IMG/VR virus record: IMGVR_UViG_3300032282_004151
Location: 1-64,000 of that record
Reading direction: 5' to 3' (one strand)
Source of the DNA: a virus
Length of the DNA: 64,000 nucleotides
How positions within the stretch are numbered: the first letter of the stretch is position 1; each line of letters opens with the position of its first letter. A model generated the notes under the pieces. That model ran no database searches, was not told the origin of the DNA, and saw nothing but the letters and a program-made list of their open reading frames with translations. Both the position numbers and the translations under genes were made by a program. This document shows, in pieces, positions 46,332 through 56,593 of the stretch.

Positions 46332-47636
46332 ATGAATAATAATGGTTATATCTTCATTCAAATTGCGGCATACCGCGATCCTCAATTGGTGCCAACAGTC
46401 AAGGACTGTATAGCTAAGGCAAAAAATCCAGATAAGTTGGTATTTTGCATTGCATGGCAACACTCGCCAGACGAAAACATCGACGAGATCAAAAGTTTGC
46501 CAAACGTGAAGATAATTGACATTCCATATTTGGAAAGCAAAGGCGCATGTTGGGCGCGCAATCAAATTCAGCAAAGATATGATGGTGAAGAATATACTCT
46601 TCAACTAGACTCACATCATAGATTTGTTGAAAATTGGGATGAGCTTGTGATTGGAATGTATAAGCAGCTGCAAGATATGGGACACAAGAAACCATTGCTG
46701 ACTGGTTACATTCCATCATTTGATCCAGACAATGACCCTGCTGGCAGAACACAATCGCCGTGGAGAATGGACTTTGATAGATTTATTCCAGAAGGTGCTG
46801 TATTTTTCTTACCCGCTACGATTGATGATTGGAAACAAAGAGATTGCCCAGTAACTTCTCGTTTTTATTCCGCGCATTTCTGTTTTACTTCTGGCCAATT
46901 CTGTTTGGAAGTTCCACACGATCCTGAATATTATTTTCACGGCGAGGAAATCAGCATCGCGGTTCGCGCATATACACATGGGTATGATCTATTTCATCCA
47001 CACCGTATTATTGCATGGCATGAATATACACGCAAAGGCAGAACCAAGCATTGGGATGATCACAGTGGATCAAACAAAGACAAGATTTCGGACAAAAAGG
47101 ATTGGGGAGAGAGAAATTCTCAATGTCATAAGAGGAATAGAATATTGTTCTCTATGGACGGAGAGGATTATAACACAATAGAGTGGGGCAAATATGGATT
47201 TGGCAAAGAGAGAACGTTGAGAGATTATGAGAAATATGCAGGACTTCATTTCAAGAAGCGTGCAGTGCAACAAGAAACATTAGACAAGAAATACCCACCG
47301 AACAACTTTGTTAAATATGAGACAGAAGAAGAGTGGGAAAAATCATTCACTTCGGTTTTCAAGCATTGCATTGATTTGCAACTATCTCAATTCCCGCACG
47401 ATGATTATACTTTTTGGTGTGTTGCATTTGAACGTCAAGATGGCAGCTTAATGCACCGCAAGGACGCGGATAAAAATGAAATACAAAGAATTTTGGGAGA
47501 AGCTCGCAATCCGAACGGAGACAAATATATCAAGCTGTGGAGAGAGTTCAATTGTGAAGGCAAACCGCATCATTGGGTCGTATGGCCACACAGCGAGTCC
47601 AAAGGTTGGTGTGAAAGAATTACTGGAAATTTATAA
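46332..47636 (+). CDS. GT60-like polypeptide/hydroxyproline alpha-GlcNAc transferase
   Basis: IFIQIAAYRDP, GACWAR, QLDSHHRF..WD (DxH), YFHGEE, RAYTHGYDLFHP. Confidence 0.85.
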   Translation: MNNNGYIFIQIAAYRDPQLVPTVKDCIAKAKNPDKLVFCIAWQHSPDENIDEIKSLPNVKIIDIPYLESKGACWARNQIQQRYDGEEYTLQLDSHHRFVENWDELVIGMYKQLQDMGHKKPLLTGYIPSFDPDNDPAGRTQSPWRMDFDRFIPEGAVFFLPATIDDWKQRDCPVTSRFYSAHFCFTSGQFCLEVPHDPEYYFHGEEISIAVRAYTHGYDLFHPHRIIAWHEYTRKGRTKHWDDHSGSNKDKISDKKDWGERNSQCHKRNRILFSMDGEDYNTIEWGKYGFGKERTLRDYEKYAGLHFKKRAVQQETLDKKYPPNNFVKYETEEEWEKSFTSVFKHCIDLQLSQFPHDDYTFWCVAFERQDGSLMHRKDADKNEIQRILGEARNPNGDKYIKLWREFNCEGKPHHWVVWPHSESKGWCERITGNL

Positions 47637-48500
47637 ATGAATATCAAGGTATCTTTTCAAAAAGAAAATAGCGATTGGAGTCAACCGCATGTATATTGGA
47701 AATTTTTCCAATGGTTTGAGCGCGAATATTCCAAATTTAATATTCAATTTGAAGATACCTCAAATGCATCAAACAAGGATCCCGGGGGACCAAACTCTCC
47801 GCACATAATAACAATCAGAAATTTAGATACAAAAAAATATATCGTGGTTTCGTATTGGGATAGATGTTTTGATTTTGTAAACCCGCCGTGGGATCATGAA
47901 AATCTAGTTGAAATCATAACGTCGATGTCGATAGACAAGTCTAAAAACATAGAAAAAAAGGTGTCACCTTTTTCGTATCTAATGTGGTTAAAAAGCGGAG
48001 AGATGCGGGCATTCATACGCCACAAGGAATTTGTAAGTAAGCAAAATAATGATTTGTTCTTTAGGGGACTTGTGTATGGATTTAGAAAAGAATTGATGGC
48101 GATTGCCAAGAACAATATCACCGAAGAAAAAATTGATATTGATGATTACTTCAAAGAATTATCAAACAACAAAATATGTTTGAGCTTGAATGGTGCGGGA
48201 GAAATATGCCACAGAGACATGGAAATATTGGCTGTGGGATCCGTTCTTTTTCGCCCAATATTAGAACCATGTTTTCACTCTCCATTGATAGAAGGTGTGC
48301 ATTATATTGGATTTGAAAAATCAAATGATCCAAAGACTCAGTGGGAAATAATCACTAGAAAATTCAATCAAATTAAACATAATGATGATTATTTGAAATT
48401 CATTGCGAATAATGGATATAAATGGTATCTGGAAAATGGCACAATAGAAAACAATGTCGAGATATTGAAAAAAATTGTAAATCCAAGTGTGTTGTTATAA
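47637..48500 (+). CDS. putative glycosyltransferase (exostosin/CgeB-like C-terminus)
   Basis: FFRG, KICLSLNGAGEICHRDMEI, HYI, IANNGYKWY. Confidence 0.65.
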   Translation: MNIKVSFQKENSDWSQPHVYWKFFQWFEREYSKFNIQFEDTSNASNKDPGGPNSPHIITIRNLDTKKYIVVSYWDRCFDFVNPPWDHENLVEIITSMSIDKSKNIEKKVSPFSYLMWLKSGEMRAFIRHKEFVSKQNNDLFFRGLVYGFRKELMAIAKNNITEEKIDIDDYFKELSNNKICLSLNGAGEICHRDMEILAVGSVLFRPILEPCFHSPLIEGVHYIGFEKSNDPKTQWEIITRKFNQIKHNDDYLKFIANNGYKWYLENGTIENNVEILKKIVNPSVLL

Positions 48501-49438
48501 TGACCAAAATAAGAGTACATAACCCATGCAATGCTCATACCAGATATTACAGGTGTTATAATCTGTTTTGGGACAAGTTTACGGACCATCTTAAAACGGT
48601 ATTTGATGTAGATGAAAACAGATACTTCGAGTATGCGCACATGCACAGGTTTCCAGTGAAGTTGCAAAAAGGCACAACTGATAATTTTTTGCTGATGGAG
48701 TGTGAGTATGTTGTTGAAAATTTGGACACTGGTGAGTTTGTGGTTTTGTCGGTATCTGACGATTTGAGTCACGCCACTATAAATGAAAAACACAATCCAT
48801 ACCTCAAAAAGGTATTAATTTCTCAATTTTTGCCAAAAAAGATATCCGATCACGTCGGTGATTTTTTGTACAAATATTCTCCTTGGACATATTTCCAATC
48901 ATCCATTGAAGATTTGGAGCCTTATTACAAAAAAAGATTGGAAATGGATCCATCAATTGATACTATATATTTCAGAGGCACTTCCTTGGAAGATAGAAAG
49001 ATAATTCATTATATAGATAAAAACATCATCACTAATTTCAACCCAATCGTACCAGACCAATATTTCAATGAGATGATAAACCACAAGGTTGCATTATCTG
49101 TGGATGGCAGGGGAGAATTTTGTTATAGGGATATCGAATGTCTGGCAATCGGAATTCCCATGCTAAGATTTGAGTATGCCAGCAAATTTTATAATGAACT
49201 TGTTCCAAACTATCATTATATATCAATACCAAGACCGTCAGATATGGGCTTATATAGACTTGGAAATGAAAGGCACGCGAAAATTTTGGAAAACCGATAC
49301 GGAGAAGTAATAAACGACAAAGAATTTTTGAAGTTTATTGCGAAGAATGGTAGAAAATACTACGAGGAAAACTGCGAGATGAACCAAGTCATAAAGAATA
49401 CTTTTAAACTTTTAAACCTAGATTTTTGGATAAAATAA
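48500..49438 (+). CDS. putative glycosyltransferase, paralogue of upstream gene
   Basis: YFRG, KVALSVDGRGEFCYRDIEC, HYI, IAKNGRKYY. Confidence 0.65.
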   Translation: MTKIRVHNPCNAHTRYYRCYNLFWDKFTDHLKTVFDVDENRYFEYAHMHRFPVKLQKGTTDNFLLMECEYVVENLDTGEFVVLSVSDDLSHATINEKHNPYLKKVLISQFLPKKISDHVGDFLYKYSPWTYFQSSIEDLEPYYKKRLEMDPSIDTIYFRGTSLEDRKIIHYIDKNIITNFNPIVPDQYFNEMINHKVALSVDGRGEFCYRDIECLAIGIPMLRFEYASKFYNELVPNYHYISIPRPSDMGLYRLGNERHAKILENRYGEVINDKEFLKFIAKNGRKYYEENCEMNQVIKNTFKLLNLDFWIK

Positions 49439-49439
49439 T

Positions 49440-50591
49440 ATGAAAATGTCAATTGGAGATGTGGTGGATAGATATTCAATTTGCAGACTAAAGCGAGAAC
49501 GCCTCGGTTTGGATAATGAAAAAGAAATCAATGAATTGAAAAATGAGATGGGCAAATATCAGGGCATTGACTCATATGTAGAAAAGTTGTATACAGTTAA
49601 TGGTAATATATGGGATTTGGAATCCGACATTAGAAAAGAAAAAGAGGCTACTTTAGGACTGGAAGAAGTTGGAAGACGTGCCATAAAAATAAGGGAATTG
49701 AATAATATAAGAGTTGGATATAAGAACGAAATCAATTCAATATATAAAGAAGGATTTATAGAAATAAAATTAAATCACGGCAGCGCAAAAGATCCTTCGT
49801 TGGTCATTTCATTGACTACGGTACCAGAGCGATTGGCGAACCCAAATCAAGATGGGCTTTTTAAAGTCATAGAAAGACTATGTGAACAAAACGACCAAGA
49901 CTATGAAGTACATTTTAATATACCATATGTGTATAGTGTAACAAAAGAGCCGTATATTATTCCAGATTGGTTGGAAAATTTTAAATTGAAGTATCGCCAC
50001 TTGAAAGTTTTTAGAACAGAAGATTTTGGTCCACCAACAAAGTTTGTCCCAACTCTCAAGAGATTATCAAACCCAGAAACAATAATGCTCGTCGTTGATG
50101 ACGACATGATTTATTACAAAGAAATGGTTTCTGAACACAGGAAGTATCAGGCTCAGTTTACAGACTCGGTGATATGTTACGAAGGCAGAGGATGCAAAAA
50201 AATGCTACACGAGGGAGACATACGAGATCATTGGATAATTTGTGTCACTCAAGTCAGAGAAGTGTCGGCACTGCAGCATTATAAATCCGCATCATACAAA
50301 AAGAAATTATTTACTCCTACATTTGATGAATTGTATTTGGGAAAAACCTTTTCCGACGACGTATTGGTTAGCAGATATTTTTCAGACAACGGAATAAAAT
50401 TATATGTTGTTCCGTATGAACCTCACATTCATCTGTTTGATACCAGAGAAAACTGGGATAAAAATCAGGGAGTTACCACCTTTCCAATAGAAAAATACTC
50501 ACACAGTATTGAAGGAACTGGATGCCAAAAGCCAGAAATGTTAAAGATACAACCCCGTTTCTATGAAGCCCCCGATCTTGGAAAAAAATAA
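49440..50591 (+). CDS. DUF6165-like domain fused to GT-A glycosyltransferase
   Basis: SIGDVVDRYSI...IWDLE.DIR; VISLTTVPER, DFGPPTK, VDDD, SDDV. Confidence 0.7.
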   Translation: MKMSIGDVVDRYSICRLKRERLGLDNEKEINELKNEMGKYQGIDSYVEKLYTVNGNIWDLESDIRKEKEATLGLEEVGRRAIKIRELNNIRVGYKNEINSIYKEGFIEIKLNHGSAKDPSLVISLTTVPERLANPNQDGLFKVIERLCEQNDQDYEVHFNIPYVYSVTKEPYIIPDWLENFKLKYRHLKVFRTEDFGPPTKFVPTLKRLSNPETIMLVVDDDMIYYKEMVSEHRKYQAQFTDSVICYEGRGCKKMLHEGDIRDHWIICVTQVREVSALQHYKSASYKKKLFTPTFDELYLGKTFSDDVLVSRYFSDNGIKLYVVPYEPHIHLFDTRENWDKNQGVTTFPIEKYSHSIEGTGCQKPEMLKIQPRFYEAPDLGKK

Positions 50592-50592
50592 T

Positions 50593-51282
50593 ATGAATTA
50601 TATACAATATTGGGATGAGAACATAGTGCAGGGGCATGTAAATTCGGAAATAGCTGTCGTTTTAGATTATCTGCACAAAAACAAAAAGTTAAAAATAAAT
50701 TACATTGATATTGGAGCGAATGTTGGCAAATATTATGATGTAATTTCCCAGTCTGGAATATCCGTTGAAAAGTGTATTATGGTTGAAGCTTCCGTGGAGC
50801 TATACAGTTACATGAAAAATAAGTTTAAAAATATACAAGGATGTAAGATAATCAATCACGCCGTGTCAGATAAAGATGGTACTATTAGATTTGAGTCGAA
50901 TATAAATCAAATATATGCAAACAAGGAGCTTAACCGTTCTATAAATCTAGGAGTGCAGAAAATAACCAATTCAGATAGTGGTGTGGATACTAACATGATT
51001 TCGGGAGAAAGTTTACTTACAAAGTTTGTAGATTTTATAAATGAAATTGATTTAATTAAAATTGACACGGAAAATAGAGATTATAACATACTAGACTCTA
51101 TGACAAATGTCATACAAAATTTAAATACAAAACCATTCATTGTATTGGAGCACAATTATCATAATGATATGAGCGAAGAGAATGCACGAAGAATATACGA
51201 GACATTCATCCATAAATGCAAATATACAGGACTTCCGTTTGACCAATTGCATGGAGTGGTATACTTGACTCCCCAAATTTAA
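50593..51282 (+). CDS. FkbM family methyltransferase
   Basis: IDIGANVG, VEAS, AVSD, LIKIDTE. Confidence 0.85.
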   Translation: MNYIQYWDENIVQGHVNSEIAVVLDYLHKNKKLKINYIDIGANVGKYYDVISQSGISVEKCIMVEASVELYSYMKNKFKNIQGCKIINHAVSDKDGTIRFESNINQIYANKELNRSINLGVQKITNSDSGVDTNMISGESLLTKFVDFINEIDLIKIDTENRDYNILDSMTNVIQNLNTKPFIVLEHNYHNDMSEENARRIYETFIHKCKYTGLPFDQLHGVVYLTPQI

Positions 51283-51289
51283 AAATTAT

Positions 51290-52984
51290 ATGCATAATAC
51301 AACATTGGTTACTGGCCTTTTTGATTTGAAGCGAGGTGAGATGGATACGTCATTTAAGCGTCCATTTTCACAGTATTTGGTGCATTTTGAGAAATTGCTC
51401 AAGGCTTGCAAAGACACTCCGATGATCGTGTTTATTGACAAAGAACATGAAGCTTTTGTTCAAAAAGCAAGAGAAGGATCTGTTGGAACAGATATACGCT
51501 TCAAGTCCGCGAATGATTTCAGAACATGGTTCTCATTCTTTGACAAAGTAAACAATATCAGACAGAATTCAGAATGGTATAATCAAGTTGGGTGGTTATC
51601 AGAGTCTACACAAGCAAAGTTGGAGCTATATAATCCGTTGGTCATGAGCAAGATGTTCATGCTCAATGATGCGTGCATATTCAATCCATTTGACACAGAT
51701 CATTTTTGTTGGATAGATGCAGGACTTACCCAAACTGTGCATTCTGGTTACTTTAGCCATGATAATGTAATCGAAAAGATGGAACCTTTGCTTAAGAAGT
51801 TTCTATTCGTGTGCTATCCATATGAAACCAATTCCGAAATACATGGGTTCAAGATAGAAGGTATGAACAAATATGCCAATGCAAAAGTCAATAGGGTTGC
51901 AAGAGGTGGATTTTTCGGAGGACATAAGAACGTCATATCTCAAATAAATTCAGCATATTATTCACTGTTGGATCAGACATTAAACGAGGGATATATGGGA
52001 ACGGAGGAGAGCATATTTTCACTACTCACTTATCAAAAGCCAGAGTTGGTAAATATTGAAATGATAAATGGCGATGGGTTGATGGGAACATTCTTTGAGC
52101 GCATGAAAAACATGCCAGTTCCAAAGAAGGAAATTGCAATATCAAAATCGCAAGTTCCAGACTCTGTGGAATATTTTCAAAGTGAAGAAGAAGTTGAAAT
52201 GAACCGTTCTGGGAAAAAAACATATCTTTATATTGTCACGTTCAACTTTCCACAACAACTTCAACTGTTATTGGATACAATTCAATCTTCAAACCCAGAA
52301 TTGCTGAACGTTGAAAGAAAGATACTCATAGACAACAGTATCGATACATCAACAGTTCCACAATATGATGAAATTGCAAAAAAGTACAATTTTGAGATTG
52401 TTCGCAAAGGTAATCTCGGAGTGTGCGGTGCAAGACAATGGGCAGCTGAACATTTTCATGAAAATGGTGGAAAATATATGGTTTGGTTTGAGGACGACAT
52501 GCTTATGGTGGACAATGTATCACTGTGCAAAAATGGATTGAATATGCATATGGACAATTGGTTGAGCAAATGCAAAAAGATCATCGAGCATGAAAATTTG
52601 GACTTCATCAAAATCTCATTCAGCGAATTCTATGGGGACCACCACAAGCAATGGTCGTGGCATAATGTACCAGAGCATATCAGAAAGAAGTATTTTCCAG
52701 ACGGAACTCATCGCATGCGTTGGAAAGAGTCTGGCTGCATTGATGGGTTAAGTTATTTGATAGGAGAAGTGTATTATAGCAATTGGCCGTCGGTGATGAC
52801 AAGGGCAGGAAATTACAAGATATTCTTGGAAACAAAATATGCTTCCCCGTTTGAGCAGACAATAATGTCCCATTGCTATCAATTACAGAAGAACGGCAGA
52901 ATTCGTAGTGGTGTATTGATGGCCAGTTTGGTCAATCACAATCGAGTTCATCATTATTCAAGAGAAATAAGAAAAGAAGTTTAA
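51290..52984 (+). CDS. HtrL/YibB(WlaTC)-like glycosyltransferase fused to GT2-like domain
   Basis: TTLVTGLFDL, NPFDTDHFCWIDAG, GGFFGG, GTEE; IDNS...NLGV..AR...FEDD. Confidence 0.75.
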   Translation: MHNTTLVTGLFDLKRGEMDTSFKRPFSQYLVHFEKLLKACKDTPMIVFIDKEHEAFVQKAREGSVGTDIRFKSANDFRTWFSFFDKVNNIRQNSEWYNQVGWLSESTQAKLELYNPLVMSKMFMLNDACIFNPFDTDHFCWIDAGLTQTVHSGYFSHDNVIEKMEPLLKKFLFVCYPYETNSEIHGFKIEGMNKYANAKVNRVARGGFFGGHKNVISQINSAYYSLLDQTLNEGYMGTEESIFSLLTYQKPELVNIEMINGDGLMGTFFERMKNMPVPKKEIAISKSQVPDSVEYFQSEEEVEMNRSGKKTYLYIVTFNFPQQLQLLLDTIQSSNPELLNVERKILIDNSIDTSTVPQYDEIAKKYNFEIVRKGNLGVCGARQWAAEHFHENGGKYMVWFEDDMLMVDNVSLCKNGLNMHMDNWLSKCKKIIEHENLDFIKISFSEFYGDHHKQWSWHNVPEHIRKKYFPDGTHRMRWKESGCIDGLSYLIGEVYYSNWPSVMTRAGNYKIFLETKYASPFEQTIMSHCYQLQKNGRIRSGVLMASLVNHNRVHHYSREIRKEV

Positions 52985-53181
52985 ATATTATTTCTCATAG
53001 AGATAAAAAGACTCTCTATGAGCCAAGCGGACCCCCTGCGTGTGACAAATGGGCACCTTAATCGGTGCCCATTTCGTTTACCTCATAGGAGAAATACGGA
53101 AAATCGTACTGGCACGAAATGTGATATAGTGTATATGTCGGTGTCCATAATGGAGCCGATTTAAATAAAGGATACAAATAT

Positions 53182-53631
53182 ATGAGTACACTAACAAGAT
53201 ACACTCGGGATGAGTTTCTCACCCCATTCGATAAACTGTTCGATGAAGTTTTCAACAACTTCGGAGTAACACCGTATGGAGGCTCTTATGGTAAGTTGAG
53301 CTATCCAAAGGTAGATGTCATAGAATATGAAGATCGACTTGTATTAGAAGCAGACGTTGCTGGACTAGCCAAGGAAGATGTAAGCGTTGAACTGGAAGGT
53401 GATACTCTCACCATTCGTGGCGGAAAGAAGCCAGCTTCCACCGAAGCAGATAGCAAGGCGCGTTATGTTTACAGAGAAATCAAACGTTCAAGTTTTGTTC
53501 GCTCTTTTGCCATTGGCGAAGGAGTTGACAAGAGCAAGATCAAAGTCGATTTTATAAACGGAACAATCAAGATTGTTTTGCCTCGCGTGAAACCCGAAGA
53601 GCAAAAGCCACAAAAAGTCAAACTCCTATAA
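53182..53631 (+). CDS. small heat shock protein (Hsp20/alpha-crystallin)
   Basis: YPKVDVIE, VAGLAKEDV, F.RSF, NGTIKI.LP. Confidence 0.93.
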   Translation: MSTLTRYTRDEFLTPFDKLFDEVFNNFGVTPYGGSYGKLSYPKVDVIEYEDRLVLEADVAGLAKEDVSVELEGDTLTIRGGKKPASTEADSKARYVYREIKRSSFVRSFAIGEGVDKSKIKVDFINGTIKIVLPRVKPEEQKPQKVKLL

Positions 53632-53742
53632 GATAAAGTTTGACAATCAACGAACCTTCATACAGTATATTGATTGAAAAGGTTATATAAGTTGTCAATT
53701 TCTATAAATTGACTGGTGGAGGGTGGTTTCCGATCATCCCTG

Positions 53743-53774
53743 ACAGCCCCACAGAAATGTGGGGTTGTTTTTTT
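53743..53774 (+). terminator. intrinsic terminator
   Basis: ACAGCCCCAC-agaaat-GTGGGGTTGT + T-run. Confidence 0.8.
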
Positions 53775-53798
53775 AATATATACAGATATTTATATAAT

Positions 53799-55475
53799 AT
53801 GAAATTTTTAGCATATTTGGTATTGTTGAGCGCCATCGTAATATCTGCTTGTGGTGCTTATTTTAGCATAGTTGGTTTGAAACTATTGTTTGTTGGCGGC
53901 GGCTTATCTATTGTTGTGATGGGAACGGCACTTGAAGTTGGCAAACTTATCACCGCAACTTTCCTAAAGCAAAAATGGGAAGAAATAGGATTGCTCATGA
54001 AGACATATATGGTGCTTGCTACATTGGCTTTGATGGGCATAACATCCATTGGTATATACGGATATTTGAGCGCGGGGTATACAGCAACATCTATAACAGT
54101 TCAGGGCTATGAGCATCAAATAGAGTCAAATAACACAAAGATATCTGAGATAGAGAAGGAAATATCATCTCTCAAGCAATCAACTTATAACGAAGCCGAA
54201 ATCAAAGGCGTGGAAGAAAACAGAAAAAAGGTAATAGAACAACGCACACAGCTTGTTGATCAAAAGAACAAGCAAATAGAAAACATACGAAAGTCTGCAA
54301 ATACAAATCAAGATACTTCCGTAGATATAGCGGCGGCAAAACAAGCACTTGAACTTGCTAAATCCTCCACAGACAATGATATATCAAGAGAACTCGAGCA
54401 GATAAAGCTCTTCAACTCTCGTTTGGAAATATTGGACAAGGAAGTTCAGAAATGGATGGAAGAAGGAACGGGTGGATTATTCAAGAAGAATGGATTGGAT
54501 AAGGCAAGAACAGTCAAAGAAGGTCAATCAAAAGAGCGTGGAGACATTGATGCTCAAATCAAAGCATCACAGGATAGAATATCAAAGTTGCGCGAGCAAT
54601 ATGCTTCTCAAGTCAAAGAATATAATGATCGCGTCGCGGCGATTGAAAACCGCAGCAAATCTCAACGCACTGGCATAGACAACAGCATAAAGAGTTTGGA
54701 GAAGGAGATATCAGATATAACAGCATCCATAGCAGCATACAATACAGAGATTGATGAAAAAGTATCTTCATTGAATGGAAAAAAGAACGAGTTGTCTGAA
54801 CAAGGAAAGAAAAAGATAGCCGATCAACTCACGGATATTCAGAATATCAGAAAACAAAACACTGAACTGCAGGAGAAGATTGTTCATACGGATGTTGGCA
54901 CATTCAAGTTCATTGCCAATAGCTTAGGTATTCCTTTGGACAAGGCTGTCAACTATTTCATATGGACAATCATGGCTGTGTTTGATCCGTTGGCAATATG
55001 CTTGATATTGGCGTTCAATGTATTGATTGCTCAAAAGAAAAAAGAAGACACAGTCGTGGGTATATCTTCCGTAAAGAATGAGGTACCAATCGTTCCAACT
55101 GTTACTCCAACTGTTACTCCAACGGCAACATCAATAGAACCAACGAAAGTTCCAGAAAAAATGGAAAGTTTGCCAATCCTAACCCCAACACCAACTCTAT
55201 CGGTTGAACAAGTTTCACCTAGTCTAAGCACACCACCGCTCGAAGAACCAATCGAGTCTGTTAGTATTAAGCCTATAGTTGAAGAGGTGCAATTACCCAC
55301 TCCAACGATTGAAGCGGTTGAAGTAACCGAGACAGTTCCTTCAACACCAGAACCAACAATTATAAAAAATAATACAGTAGAACAAGCTGAAGCTCAGGTT
55401 GTTCATATTTCTGCACCACCTCCTCCGCCATTTGCTCCACACGGAATTTCCAGTGGTAAAGTTTCTCCAAGATAA
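53799..55475 (+). CDS. membrane-anchored coiled-coil protein with P/T-rich tail
   Basis: AYFSIVGL, ALEVGKL, GIYGYLS, FDPLA motifs; TATTTATA at 53787. Confidence 0.75.
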   Translation: MKFLAYLVLLSAIVISACGAYFSIVGLKLLFVGGGLSIVVMGTALEVGKLITATFLKQKWEEIGLLMKTYMVLATLALMGITSIGIYGYLSAGYTATSITVQGYEHQIESNNTKISEIEKEISSLKQSTYNEAEIKGVEENRKKVIEQRTQLVDQKNKQIENIRKSANTNQDTSVDIAAAKQALELAKSSTDNDISRELEQIKLFNSRLEILDKEVQKWMEEGTGGLFKKNGLDKARTVKEGQSKERGDIDAQIKASQDRISKLREQYASQVKEYNDRVAAIENRSKSQRTGIDNSIKSLEKEISDITASIAAYNTEIDEKVSSLNGKKNELSEQGKKKIADQLTDIQNIRKQNTELQEKIVHTDVGTFKFIANSLGIPLDKAVNYFIWTIMAVFDPLAICLILAFNVLIAQKKKEDTVVGISSVKNEVPIVPTVTPTVTPTATSIEPTKVPEKMESLPILTPTPTLSVEQVSPSLSTPPLEEPIESVSIKPIVEEVQLPTPTIEAVEVTETVPSTPEPTIIKNNTVEQAEAQVVHISAPPPPPFAPHGISSGKVSPR

Positions 55476-55548
55476 TTCTTTATATTTATTTATTATATAT
55501 TGACAATATAAACATTTAACATATATATGTGAATCGTAATAAACATAT

Positions 55549-56163
55549 ATGAGTTACAAAATAGTCAAAAACAAAGATTATCTGCATAAGAAAACAGAAC
55601 CAGTGGCAACGATTGAAGAAGGTGAAGCAATAGCAAAACAACTCATCGAAGCACTAGACGAACTATCAAACGGACTTGGATTATCCGCCAATCAAATTGG
55701 GATAAACAAGTCCGTTTCTGTTGTACGCGCAAGAAAAGATGCACAGCCAATCATTCTTATGAACCCAACCATTGTTGAGGCAAGTAAGGAAAAGCTGATA
55801 TTCACAGAGGGATGTTTGAGTTTGCCGGGCAAGCTAGTGAATACAATTCGCTCGCTCAAAGTAACCGTGTCTACACTAAATCACGCCAATCCATTACCAT
55901 TTGGTCCAGATACAACCCCAGTTACACAAGAGTCAGTTCGTTCAGACTATGGATTGCTTGAAGCCATCTGCGTTCAGCATGAAATTGATCATACAAATGG
56001 AATATTGATGACGGATGACGGCGTGAAATTTGTTCAAAAAGTAGAAAAAATGGTGAAGCATGGAAGAAATGATAAGGTTGTAGTGGAAAAAGATGGAGAA
56101 ACCCAATATATAAAATACAAGAAAGCTCTAGAACTAATAGAGCAAGGTTGGAAAATCATCTAA
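55549..56163 (+). CDS. def: peptide deformylase
   Basis: GLGLSANQIG, EGCLS, QHEIDH. Confidence 0.95.
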   Translation: MSYKIVKNKDYLHKKTEPVATIEEGEAIAKQLIEALDELSNGLGLSANQIGINKSVSVVRARKDAQPIILMNPTIVEASKEKLIFTEGCLSLPGKLVNTIRSLKVTVSTLNHANPLPFGPDTTPVTQESVRSDYGLLEAICVQHEIDHTNGILMTDDGVKFVQKVEKMVKHGRNDKVVVEKDGETQYIKYKKALELIEQGWKII

Positions 56164-56172
56164 ATCTACAAT

Positions 56173-56331
56173 ATGAACATCAACACTGATAATCTTGAAG
56201 AAATCAAAGAACTGCTTGAATATGCATTGGAAGCCCGTAGTTGGCCATCAGTAGAAGACGCATTGGCTATTCTCAAAGAAGAACTGGGATATGAAGCCGA
56301 GGAAATAGACGAAGAAGAAACCGAGGATTAA
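56173..56331 (+). CDS. small acidic hypothetical protein
   Basis: 52-aa ORF read manually. Confidence 0.5.
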   Translation: MNINTDNLEEIKELLEYALEARSWPSVEDALAILKEELGYEAEEIDEEETED

Positions 56332-56335
56332 ACTT

Positions 56336-56590
56336 ATGTGGATAATTGTTACATTAATGATCATATTCTTTTTGAGCACATGCGCTCTTGGATATGCATG
56401 CTACAACATGATCAATAAGATCGAAGTATATGAAGAATGGTTGGACTATTTCCGTACCGAAGTGGATGATGTATATAAGCAAATGAAAGCAGTAGATGAT
56501 CGCAATCTTTTTGAGAAAGATGATGATGTTGGGTTTGTTTTTAGTGAGCTTGTAAGAATATCAAAGGAATTCAGCGAACGTATCAAATAA
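56336..56590 (+). CDS. small membrane-anchored phage protein
   Basis: TM + FEKDDDVGFVF. Confidence 0.65.
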   Translation: MWIIVTLMIIFFLSTCALGYACYNMINKIEVYEEWLDYFRTEVDDVYKQMKAVDDRNLFEKDDDVGFVFSELVRISKEFSERIK

Positions 56591-56593
56591 TAT

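Noticed and set aside
53110-53126. sigma54 promoter or CIRCE operator for hsp20
   Set aside because: -12 element lacks TTGC and no CIRCE inverted repeat is present; too weak to list as a feature
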